From IMG/VR virus record IMGVR_UViG_3300033076_001086, positions 1 to 45,756 of that record: DNA of 45,756 nt; one strand, written 5' to 3'. The DNA is from a virus. Its lineage: Duplodnaviria; Caudoviricetes. How positions within the stretch are numbered: the first letter of the stretch is position 1; every line of letters starts with the position of its first letter. Of the stretch, positions 15,446-22,833 are shown piece by piece. The notes beneath the pieces were generated by a model. The model had not been told where the DNA came from. It searched no databases and saw nothing but the letters and a program-made list of their open reading frames with translations. The position numbers and the translations under genes are program-made.

Positions 15446-16558
15446 ATGTCCAAAATTGACTTTGTTTCGCCGGTCGGCCGGCTTGTCCAAGGAGACCCGT
15501 TCAAGGCCCAGGACAAGAACAAGGCAGGCCAGCCCCTTCAGACGCAAAGCGGCCAACCCCGCGTCTCGTACTTCGTTGCCGTGGCGTTCCAGAAAACCGA
15601 CGTGGCTTTTGGTCAGCTCTATCAACTCATGGTGCAGGCGGCCCGCCAAGGTTTCCCCAACCTGTTCAACGCTCAAGGCCAGTGCACTCATCCACGCTTC
15701 GCCTGGAAGCTCATGGACGGGGATGGCGTGGACGACGACGGCAAGCCCAACGCCAACAAGCCCGGCTTTGCGGGCTGCTGGGTTCTCAAGCTGTCGTCCG
15801 GCTTCCCCCCGAAATGCTTTTACGCCGGGCGCTACGCACCGCACGAGCAGATCCAAGACCCCAAGGCCATCCCACGCGGGTATTACGTCCGAGTGGCCGG
15901 TACGATCGAGGCCAACGGAGACGCCAGCAAGCCCGGGCTTTACGTCAACCTGAGCATGGTCGAGCTGGTGGGCGGTGAACCCTCGATGATCATCAACAGC
16001 GGCCCCGACGCGTCCGCGGTGTTCGGTGGCTCCGCGCCGCAATTGCCAGCGGGGGTGCCTCCGGTGGCCATGGGCGCTCCGATACCTGCGGGAAACGGGT
16101 TTCCCGGGGCGATGGGGGGCCAGCCACAAATGCCGACGGGTCTACCGGGACCGACTTCGTATCCCGGTTCGGTCGGTACTGGTGCACTGCCTGCGGCGCC
16201 TTTGGCCCCACAAGCACCTGTCGCACCTGTGGTCGTTAACCCCAACCCGGGGTTTCTCAACGGTCCCGGCACGGCGCCGCCCCCGCAGATGGTGGCCCAA
16301 CCGGGTTTTCCGCAGCCCGGGGCCGCCCCGGGTGCTGTGCCGAATGTGGGGCACCCATCACCAGCCACTGGTTTCGTGGCGCCCTCTGCCGGGCCTGCGA
16401 TGACATACCCTTCTAGCCTGCCGCCGATGCCCGGTGCCATGGCCCCCGCAGCTCCGGTGCGAACCATGACTGCCGCGGCCCAAGGCCACAGCTACGAGGC
16501 GTTGATTGCCCAGGGTTGGACGGATGACACCTTGCGTCAGCAAGGCTTGATGCTGTAA
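15446..16558 (+). CDS. Putative ssDNA-binding protein with long Pro/Gly/Ala-rich C-terminal tail
   Basis: Lies between exonuclease and Pol A; SPVGRLV.G, F.WK..DGD, GYYVRV, GLYVNL motifs of DUF2815/T7 gp2.5-like SSBs. Confidence 0.72.
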   Translation: MSKIDFVSPVGRLVQGDPFKAQDKNKAGQPLQTQSGQPRVSYFVAVAFQKTDVAFGQLYQLMVQAARQGFPNLFNAQGQCTHPRFAWKLMDGDGVDDDGKPNANKPGFAGCWVLKLSSGFPPKCFYAGRYAPHEQIQDPKAIPRGYYVRVAGTIEANGDASKPGLYVNLSMVELVGGEPSMIINSGPDASAVFGGSAPQLPAGVPPVAMGAPIPAGNGFPGAMGGQPQMPTGLPGPTSYPGSVGTGALPAAPLAPQAPVAPVVVNPNPGFLNGPGTAPPPQMVAQPGFPQPGAAPGAVPNVGHPSPATGFVAPSAGPAMTYPSSLPPMPGAMAPAAPVRTMTAAAQGHSYEALIAQGWTDDTLRQQGLML

Positions 16559-16566
16559 ACCACACG

Positions 16567-16592
16567 GGGCGGCCACATGGTCGCCCTTCTTT
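16567..16592 (+). terminator. Intrinsic terminator after SSB gene
   Basis: GGGCGGCC-ACAT-GGTCGCCC-TTCTTT. Confidence 0.6.
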
Positions 16593-16609
16593 CCTGAAAG
16601 GTATTACCC

Positions 16610-17005
16610 ATGACCCCCGAACAACGCGAACGAAAAAAGCAGGCGGACAGAGAACGCCGCGCTCGCCTGAAGGCGCAAGGCCTGGACGCCAAGGCGATCC
16701 GCGCTGGTGTGAAAGCCGCCATGAAAAAGCCTCGACCCGCAGCCGCCGCCCCCACGGTGAAGGTGAGCCGCAAAAAAGAGCTGGCCGACATCAATGCGGA
16801 CCTTGCAAAAGTCTTTCCGGGTAAGCCGATCAAGGTGGACCGCAATGGCCAAGTCGTGCGCAACCAGCACGCCAGCCGTAGTGCGGCTCCCGAAGGTCGC
16901 ATGCAAGTGATCTCCTTCAAGGGCCACACACACCACGCGGAAAAGCTGCGTCGGCTCGGGGGCGGCGAGTTTTTGCGCGGCGCCATTGAAGACGCCAAGG
17001 AATGA
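16610..17005 (+). CDS. Basic protein, possibly DNA-binding (131 aa)
   Basis: Very Lys/Arg-rich; C-terminal EKLRRLGGGEFLRGAIE resembles ribbon-helix-helix-like regulators; heptamer lies between RBS and ATG. Confidence 0.65.
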   Translation: MTPEQRERKKQADRERRARLKAQGLDAKAIRAGVKAAMKKPRPAAAAPTVKVSRKKELADINADLAKVFPGKPIKVDRNGQVVRNQHASRSAAPEGRMQVISFKGHTHHAEKLRRLGGGEFLRGAIEDAKE

Positions 17006-19362
17006 CCCACCCCAGCCAGTACCCCGCCGGAACTCGGTTCCGTGCGGGGCTTTCTTTTTCTACGGTCTTACCCGATCTCGACTTTGAGACCTACTCAGAG
17101 GCGGGGTGCTACTTCGACCCGGTCAAACGCCGATGGCACGGCCCGCCTCGGGCGTCCAAGAAAAGTAAGGGTCTGCCTGCTATCGGGGCGGTGAACTACG
17201 CTACGCACCCCTCCACGGAGGTGCTCACGCTTGCCTACAACCTGAAGGACGGCACGGGCCCACATCGTTGGCGGCCTGACCTTCCGCCGCCGCTTGACCT
17301 CCTCGCGCATGTCGAGCGGCAAGGGCTGCTAGAGGCCTGGAACAGCGCTTTTGAGTGGTGGATATGGAACTACGTTTGCACGCGCCGTTATGGGTGGCCC
17401 GCGCTCGCCATCGAACAGACGCGATGCGCCATGGCCAAGTCCAGGGCCTTCAGCTTCCCGGGCAAGCTGGAGATCGCGGGGCAGGTCATGAACCTGCAAG
17501 TGAAGAAGATCGAGGGTAAGGCCCTGCTCGACAAGTTCAGCGTTCCTCTCAACCCCACCAAAACCAACGGGGGCCGCACGCGCTTGCTCCCGCACGAAGC
17601 CCCCACGGAGTTCGCCGAGCTCGTGCGGTACAACGACACCGACATCATCGCGGAGGCCGAGGCCGCCAGCCGCTGCCCCGACCTCGAAGGCGAGGAACTG
17701 GAGTTCTGGATAGCGGACCAGAAGATCAACCGCCGTGGCGTCCACGTGGATGCCGAGTCACTGCGCGCCTGCGCCCACATGGTCGAGTTGGTGCTGGAAA
17801 AATACGACGCCGAGTTGTGCGCCATGACTGGCGGGGCGGTGCAGCGGGCGAGTCAGTTGGAGCGGTTGCGTGCCTGGGTGGCCACGCGTGGCCTGCACAT
17901 CGCCTCGGGCCCCGGCACGATGGACGAAGATGCGCTGGGCGAGATACTCAAGGCCCCCAACCTTGATCCGCTCGCTCGCCGAGCCCTGGAGATCCGCCAG
18001 TTGGCAGGGTCCGCCAGCGTCAAGAAGGTTTTTGCCATGGTCAACACGTTGTCGCCCTGGCAGCGCCTGCATGACCTCTTCAACTACCACGGCGCCCACA
18101 CCGGCAGGCCGACGGGGGAGGGGCCCCAGCCGACCAACCTCCCCAAAGCCGGCCCGGAGGTCTACCGTTGCTTGTGCGGCCGGCATAGCGGTGTGCACTT
18201 GCGAAACTGCGCATGGTGCGGTTTTCCCATGCCCCCTAAACCCAAGGCGGCGGCATGGGGCCCCCGAGCCGTGGAGGACGTTCTAGAAGTCATCAAGCGC
18301 CGAGACCTTGATCTGTTGGAGCGCGTGTTTGGCAACGCGTTTTTGTGCGTCTCCGGGTGCCTGCGCGGGCTGTTCACCGCGGCCCCCGGCCATGACCTCG
18401 TGTGTTCGGACTTTTCGTCCATCGAGTCCGTGGTGACGGCCATGCTCGCAGGGGAACAGTGGCGCATCGATCTGTTCCGCACGCACGGTAAAAACTACGA
18501 GATGGCCGCGGCCAAGATCAGCGGTGTGCCTTTCGAGGAGATGATGCGGCTGCGGGGGTACGACGTCAGCCAACCCGAATGGTGGAAGCAAAAGGCCGAC
18601 GGACCCCACCACCCATTGCGCCAAACGCTCGGCAAAGTTTCGGAGCTGGCCTCCGGTTTCGGCGGCTGGATCTCGGCATGGTTGAAGTTCGGTGCGGGGG
18701 ACTTCATGAGCGAAGATGAGATCAAGAAAGCTATCCTCGCGTGGCGCCGGGACTCGCCCGCCGTCGTCCACTTTTGGGGTGGCCAGATTCGAGACCTGTT
18801 CACCCGAGACGAACGCCCGGAGCTGTTTGGCTTGGAGGGTATGGCAATCAAGGCAGTGTTAGAGCCGGGCGTACCGCAGCCGGTCATGCGCCTGGACGGC
18901 ACGCACAGCGGTATTACTTTTTCTTGCGATGGAACGACCCTGTACTGCACGCTGCCCAGTGGTCGCAACCTCCACTACCACAACGTCGTTCTGAGCCCCA
19001 ATCAACGCTCGTGGGGCGGCCAATACTCCATGAGCTTCGAGCGGTACAACACGAACCCGCAACAGGGCCCGGTGGGGTGGGTCCGCGTGGACACCTACAG
19101 CGGCAAGCTGTGCGAGAACGTGGTGCAAGCCGTGGCCCGCGACATCCAGCGGTACGCCATGGTCAATTGCGAGCGCCAGGGCTACTCGATCGTCCTCCAT
19201 GTGTACGATGAAATCGTGGCCGAGGTGCCCGAGGACTTCGGCAGCGTGGAAGGCCTGGAGCGGATCATGGCCACGCTGCCGCCCTGGGCCGCCCATCAGG
19301 GCCTGCCGTGGCCCATCAAAGCCGCAGGCGGCTGGCGCGGCAAGCGGTACCGGAAGGATTGA
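17002..19362 (+). CDS. Family A DNA polymerase
   Basis: Exonuclease DFETYS and AWNSAFE; YHGAHTGR, QPTNLP; motif A SDFSSIE; motif B GKVSELASGFGG; ENVVQAVARD; motif C HVYDE. Confidence 0.93.
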   Translation: MTHPSQYPAGTRFRAGLSFSTVLPDLDFETYSEAGCYFDPVKRRWHGPPRASKKSKGLPAIGAVNYATHPSTEVLTLAYNLKDGTGPHRWRPDLPPPLDLLAHVERQGLLEAWNSAFEWWIWNYVCTRRYGWPALAIEQTRCAMAKSRAFSFPGKLEIAGQVMNLQVKKIEGKALLDKFSVPLNPTKTNGGRTRLLPHEAPTEFAELVRYNDTDIIAEAEAASRCPDLEGEELEFWIADQKINRRGVHVDAESLRACAHMVELVLEKYDAELCAMTGGAVQRASQLERLRAWVATRGLHIASGPGTMDEDALGEILKAPNLDPLARRALEIRQLAGSASVKKVFAMVNTLSPWQRLHDLFNYHGAHTGRPTGEGPQPTNLPKAGPEVYRCLCGRHSGVHLRNCAWCGFPMPPKPKAAAWGPRAVEDVLEVIKRRDLDLLERVFGNAFLCVSGCLRGLFTAAPGHDLVCSDFSSIESVVTAMLAGEQWRIDLFRTHGKNYEMAAAKISGVPFEEMMRLRGYDVSQPEWWKQKADGPHHPLRQTLGKVSELASGFGGWISAWLKFGAGDFMSEDEIKKAILAWRRDSPAVVHFWGGQIRDLFTRDERPELFGLEGMAIKAVLEPGVPQPVMRLDGTHSGITFSCDGTTLYCTLPSGRNLHYHNVVLSPNQRSWGGQYSMSFERYNTNPQQGPVGWVRVDTYSGKLCENVVQAVARDIQRYAMVNCERQGYSIVLHVYDEIVAEVPEDFGSVEGLERIMATLPPWAAHQGLPWPIKAAGGWRGKRYRKD

Positions 19363-19377
19363 GCCGACGAACGGCAC

Positions 19378-19425
19378 TTGACGGGTATGACCGGCGCGCG
19401 TAGTATTACCCTATCGCAACACGAA
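19378..19425 (+). promoter_or_regulatory. Sigma70-type early promoter, family B copy 2
   Basis: TTGACG-17bp-TAGTAT; near-identical to 1453-1500; heptamers at 19385 and 19403. Confidence 0.8.
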
Positions 19426-19446
19426 ATGATTTTTGAAAGGCGCATC

Positions 19447-19647
19447 ATGAACACAGCCCAAAGCGCGCAGCACACACCGGGGCCGGTTAACCCGTACAGC
19501 GGCAACGGCTCGATGCAAGAAGCGTGGCAACGCGGGTTTGAAGGGCGCCCCATGCTGGCCTACCCGGGCAGTGATTACGCCAGGGCCTATGCAGAAGGCC
19601 AAGCAGCCCGCGCCGCCATCGCCAAAGCCACCGGGAGCGGCGCCTGA
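19447..19647 (+). CDS. Small hypothetical protein (HTPGP...ARAAIAKATG type)
   Basis: AAAGG RBS; terminal motifs common in small phage early proteins. Confidence 0.7.
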   Translation: MNTAQSAQHTPGPVNPYSGNGSMQEAWQRGFEGRPMLAYPGSDYARAYAEGQAARAAIAKATGSGA

Positions 19648-19716
19648 CAGCACCAGCAGCAAGCCGGACGCAGACGGCTTGCGCGGGGATTGTCCCTGAC
19701 CCAAGGAGCCCACACC

Positions 19717-20082
19717 ATGACCCGTCTTTACCACAACCTCGTGGCCAGCATTTCCCTGTTGGTCGCTGGCTTTCTCGCACTGGGAGCCACGGCGGTCCAC
19801 CTCAAAGCCGAGCGTGACGCTCGACCTCCCACTGTGGTCATCCCTGACGCTTCCCAGGCACGGGCCGTCTGCCGCGAGTTCATCGAGCGCAAGGCCCCCA
19901 CGGTCGTGCCGGTGTTCTACCCGAACTGGCGGGTCAAGGCGCCGGCCCACGGTTCCGGCCGGTGGCAGGTCATCGCCGAGTTCCAGGCCGTCCACGGCAG
20001 CGGCGTGACCACACACCATCGCATGCTGTGCGTCGTTGACCACACCCCCGGCACCCGCTGGAAACTGGAGAAACTGGTATGA
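19717..20082 (+). CDS. N-terminally anchored or exported protein
   Basis: AAGGAG RBS; hydrophobic LVASISLLVAGFLALGATAV. Confidence 0.7.
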   Translation: MTRLYHNLVASISLLVAGFLALGATAVHLKAERDARPPTVVIPDASQARAVCREFIERKAPTVVPVFYPNWRVKAPAHGSGRWQVIAEFQAVHGSGVTTHHRMLCVVDHTPGTRWKLEKLV

Positions 20083-20339
20083 CCAAAAGCCCCACAGGCC
20101 GTTACCTGCTGGAATACCGACCTCCGTTCCATGAACTCCCCCGTTTTGGGGGCCGATTGCGCGACCACACGGTTCAGCTCCCGCACCACGTGCATGAGCT
20201 GGAATACCTGCACGAACGGGAGATTGAGTGCTGGCGGATGTTTGGCCTGCACGTGGAGCAAGTCCAAGACGAAACGTGGGTGTGCGTCGTTGACCACACC
20301 CACGGCACCGGCTGGAAACTGGAGAAACTGGTATGACCA
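20027..20339 (+). repeat. 59-bp direct repeat (20027-20085, 20281-20339; 57/59 identical)
   Basis: Direct comparison; both copies encode CVVDHT.GT.WKLEKLV-stop and end in GTATGACCA. Confidence 0.92.
20079..20336 (+). CDS. Hypothetical protein sharing its C-terminus with the upstream gene
   Basis: GGAG RBS, ATGA coupling. Confidence 0.6.
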   Translation: MTKSPTGRYLLEYRPPFHELPRFGGRLRDHTVQLPHHVHELEYLHEREIECWRMFGLHVEQVQDETWVCVVDHTHGTGWKLEKLV

Positions 20340-20527
20340 CGCCGCCCATAAAGCTGTGCCCGGAGTGTTACTCCGTAAACCTTTTGGGGGTGCGGTACTG
20401 TCGGGACTGCCGGCGCCCTTTCTACTTCGAGCGCCAAAAGTCCCCCGCGGCCGCCAAAATCGCCCCGCCACGCCGCGATCGTCAGGGGGCCGAGGGGGTA
20501 GTAGCCAAAACGCCCAAAGACGCTTGA
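20333..20527 (+). CDS. Small Zn-ribbon protein
   Basis: CPEC...CRDC; ATGA coupling. Confidence 0.6.
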   Translation: MTTPPIKLCPECYSVNLLGVRYCRDCRRPFYFERQKSPAAAKIAPPRRDRQGAEGVVAKTPKDA

Positions 20528-20994
20528 CAGGCCTTCAGCGTGGTTTCGGTTCGCTCGATGCCGGCTCGGAGGTCGAGAACAGCTTGTCCCACAGCGGGAG
20601 CGAGGATGGCACCGGCTGCAGAATCCACGCCTCCACCACTGGCGGTCGGGGGCAGGCCTGGGGTGCTTGGGGGGCAGACGCCGGCAACGACGCGCACCCC
20701 GCAAGTGCCAGCAGCGATACAGCGGCGCATGCGGTCGTTTTCAACATTGGTTTTCTCCAGGGCGGCAGTGCCGGCGGCGGCAATTTGGGTCACTTGGTCT
20801 TGCGCGGCGTCCCGCTCGGCGGTCCGGGCGGCCAGGGTCTCCGCTGCTGCCTCGGATGCGAGGAGCATGGACCGGGCGTGCGCAGCCTTGAGGTCGGACA
20901 GCGCGGCGCCCACACGCCAGCCATTGACCGCCCAGCCCGCCCCGAACGCAACCGCCAGGGCTCCCGCCGCCAGCCAGGGCTTTAGAGGCCCCAC
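20482..20994 (-). CDS. Rz-like inner-membrane spanin
   Basis: N-terminal TM ending GWAVNGWR, coiled coil, C-terminal LKACQ; directly after the endolysin. Confidence 0.85.
   Translation of the reverse strand: MGPLKPWLAAGALAVAFGAGWAVNGWRVGAALSDLKAAHARSMLLASEAAAETLAARTAERDAAQDQVTQIAAAGTAALEKTNVENDRMRRCIAAGTCGVRVVAGVCPPSTPGLPPTASGGGVDSAAGAILAPAVGQAVLDLRAGIERTETTLKACQASLGVLATTPSAP
20535..20747 (-). CDS. Rz1-like outer-membrane lipoprotein spanin embedded in Rz
   Basis: MLKTTACAAVSLLALAG-C lipobox; Pro-rich; alternate frame fully inside Rz. Confidence 0.85.
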   Translation of the reverse strand: MLKTTACAAVSLLALAGCASLPASAPQAPQACPRPPVVEAWILQPVPSSLPLWDKLFSTSEPASSEPKPR

Positions 20995-21626
20995 GTGGAC
21001 ACCTCGGCAGCGGCGAGGCGCAAAGCGGCCTCTCGCGGCTTGAGCGTGGACAAGTTACCCTGAATTTCGGCGCTGATGCGGGCATAGTCTTTTCGATCCG
21101 CGGCCCCGTTGAGGCCGTGAGCGACCCAGTAGTGCGCCGAGGTCCAGGCCGCTCCCTTGGGCTCCGCCACGAGATCCGGGTTCGCGAGGTAATCGTCCCC
21201 CGTGATGTGCACGAGGCCATCGCGAGCGAGTTTGTAGTTGTCGAAAAAGGTCAGCATCTTGCCGCCGCGGCCCCGGTACCGCCAGCCGTCTCCGTCGCGG
21301 CGGTTCCCGAACCGACCCCCGTAAACAAAATTGGCCAGGGCCTCGGGGTTGCCCGCGAGCTGATCGGCGATCTTTGCCGCTGCAGCCCACCGGCTTTTAG
21401 GACCGTTGAGCACGCCGAGCTCCCGAATGCGGTCGGCCCGATAGTTCAAGTCCTCCTCGGTTCGGGCGAGGCGCTTGGTCTCGTGCGCCATCTGCGCCAG
21501 GAACATACTCGCCCGGTCCGGCGTGTTGATGCGGAATGCTTGCATGGCCTCCGTGAAGTGCTCGGCGAACCGTGTGGCCGCGACCTTTGTGGCGCCAGTG
21601 GCGCGAGCGAGTTGGTCAGGGGTCAA
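20982..21626 (-). CDS. Endolysin, glycoside hydrolase family 19
   Basis: FLAQMAHET, EEDLNY, ANFVYGGRFGN, DGWRYRGRG; TTG start. Confidence 0.9.
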   Translation of the reverse strand: MTPDQLARATGATKVAATRFAEHFTEAMQAFRINTPDRASMFLAQMAHETKRLARTEEDLNYRADRIRELGVLNGPKSRWAAAAKIADQLAGNPEALANFVYGGRFGNRRDGDGWRYRGRGGKMLTFFDNYKLARDGLVHITGDDYLANPDLVAEPKGAAWTSAHYWVAHGLNGAADRKDYARISAEIQGNLSTLKPREAALRLAAAEVSTWGL

Positions 21627-21934
21627 AGTAGGGCTCCCGGTTGGGTGAGGTACTCGCGCGGAACACCGTGGCGCCAGCGCTCGAAGTCCGACACGAGGAG
21701 GATGATGACGACAGCGGCCGCGAGGACGTCAGCAACGCCGGCATACGTGCCGAAGAAAAAGGGCTGCAGGGCCATCATCACACTGACCTGCACCAGCGCG
21801 ATATACCCGTACCCGATGCGGGGCAACGTGGCTCCACGCCGCAGGGCGGCCACCCGGCACAGAGCGATGGGGGCTACCACAAAGGCCCACATCAGCGCCG
21901 CTATGCCGGTGAAAATGAGATCAGTTGGCGTCAT
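21623..21934 (-). CDS. Membrane protein, holin/antiholin candidate (start revised to 21934)
   Basis: Three hydrophobic segments; adjacent to the endolysin. Confidence 0.65.
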   Translation of the reverse strand: MTPTDLIFTGIAALMWAFVVAPIALCRVAALRRGATLPRIGYGYIALVQVSVMMALQPFFFGTYAGVADVLAAAVVIILLVSDFERWRHGVPREYLTQPGALL

Positions 21935-22325
21935 TCCCGTTGCCTTTCTTATCAAGCCACCGAGAGGCAAAGCTCTTGAGCTTGTTAAACACGGAGGGCC
22001 AATCATCGCCCATGGCTCCGATGGCAAACGCAACAAAAGGAACCGAGTAGTGCGCCGTGTTCTCACCCACCCATCGTTCCAGCAGAATCGCCGACGTGCC
22101 CGAGAAAATCAAGGCAATAAGCACCAGCCACGTAAAGAACCAAATGGACTGTTTCCGGGGCATCAAGGGCGCTCGGTACAGCGCAAAGCTGGCCCCCGCC
22201 GTGGACGCCAAGAGTATGACCGCATAGGGGCCCAGGATAGCGGCAGTGCCCGGGCCGAACACCAGCCCGAGCAGGAACACCACAACGTAGACGATATCGA
22301 GCGGGGGCGGTTGTGGAGGCATCAC
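21921..22325 (-). CDS. Holin candidate
   Basis: 3-4 TM segments, charged C-terminus, in the lysis cassette. Confidence 0.7.
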   Translation of the reverse strand: MMPPQPPPLDIVYVVVFLLGLVFGPGTAAILGPYAVILLASTAGASFALYRAPLMPRKQSIWFFTWLVLIALIFSGTSAILLERWVGENTAHYSVPFVAFAIGAMGDDWPSVFNKLKSFASRWLDKKGNGNDAN

Positions 22326-22335
22326 TTTGTTTCAG

Positions 22336-22827
22336 TTAGGGGATGCGATAGACGACATCGAGTTGAACCTCATAGAGCGTCCACACGTTGACTCCGTCGT
22401 CGGCGATCTGGAATCCGAGGTGCTTGTCGATGCCGGCCGACACCAGCGCATTAAAGTGTGACGTAGCGTCAACGATGGTACAAGTCGGGTTCATGCTGCC
22501 GTTGCCGTTGACGCGGCCCATCTCCACGATGTTGACCGGGCCGCCGTCAAATTGGATCAAGCGAATGGAAACCGCCACATTGCGCGGAATCCAGCAGGCC
22601 CGCAGCCAAGCCCGTTCAACGGGGGGAAGCCCCTGCGAAAAAGGGATATGGACGGTGCTGCAGCTGAAGCAGGCCCCCACGGCTTTGTAGGTGGCCCCGT
22701 GGACTGCGGTGATGCCGTCTTTCTCGTGGGCGGGTCCGAACAGTTGGTAGGTCGTAGGGATCGCGTACCCTGCGTGCGCGAACAGCGAAAAGAAACAGAG
22801 CAGGAAAGATAGAACAAGCTTTTTCAT
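22336..22827 (-). CDS. Exported protein with Sec-type signal peptide
   Basis: MKKLVLSFLLCFFSLFAHA- with an A-x-A cleavage site. Confidence 0.7.
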   Translation of the reverse strand: MKKLVLSFLLCFFSLFAHAGYAIPTTYQLFGPAHEKDGITAVHGATYKAVGACFSCSTVHIPFSQGLPPVERAWLRACWIPRNVAVSIRLIQFDGGPVNIVEMGRVNGNGSMNPTCTIVDATSHFNALVSAGIDKHLGFQIADDGVNVWTLYEVQLDVVYRIP

Positions 22828-22833
22828 AGCGTA

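Noticed and set aside
20027-20339. Diversity-generating retroelement TR/VR pair
   Set aside because: No reverse transcriptase in the apparently complete genome; only two mismatches, one of them C/G rather than adenine-specific.
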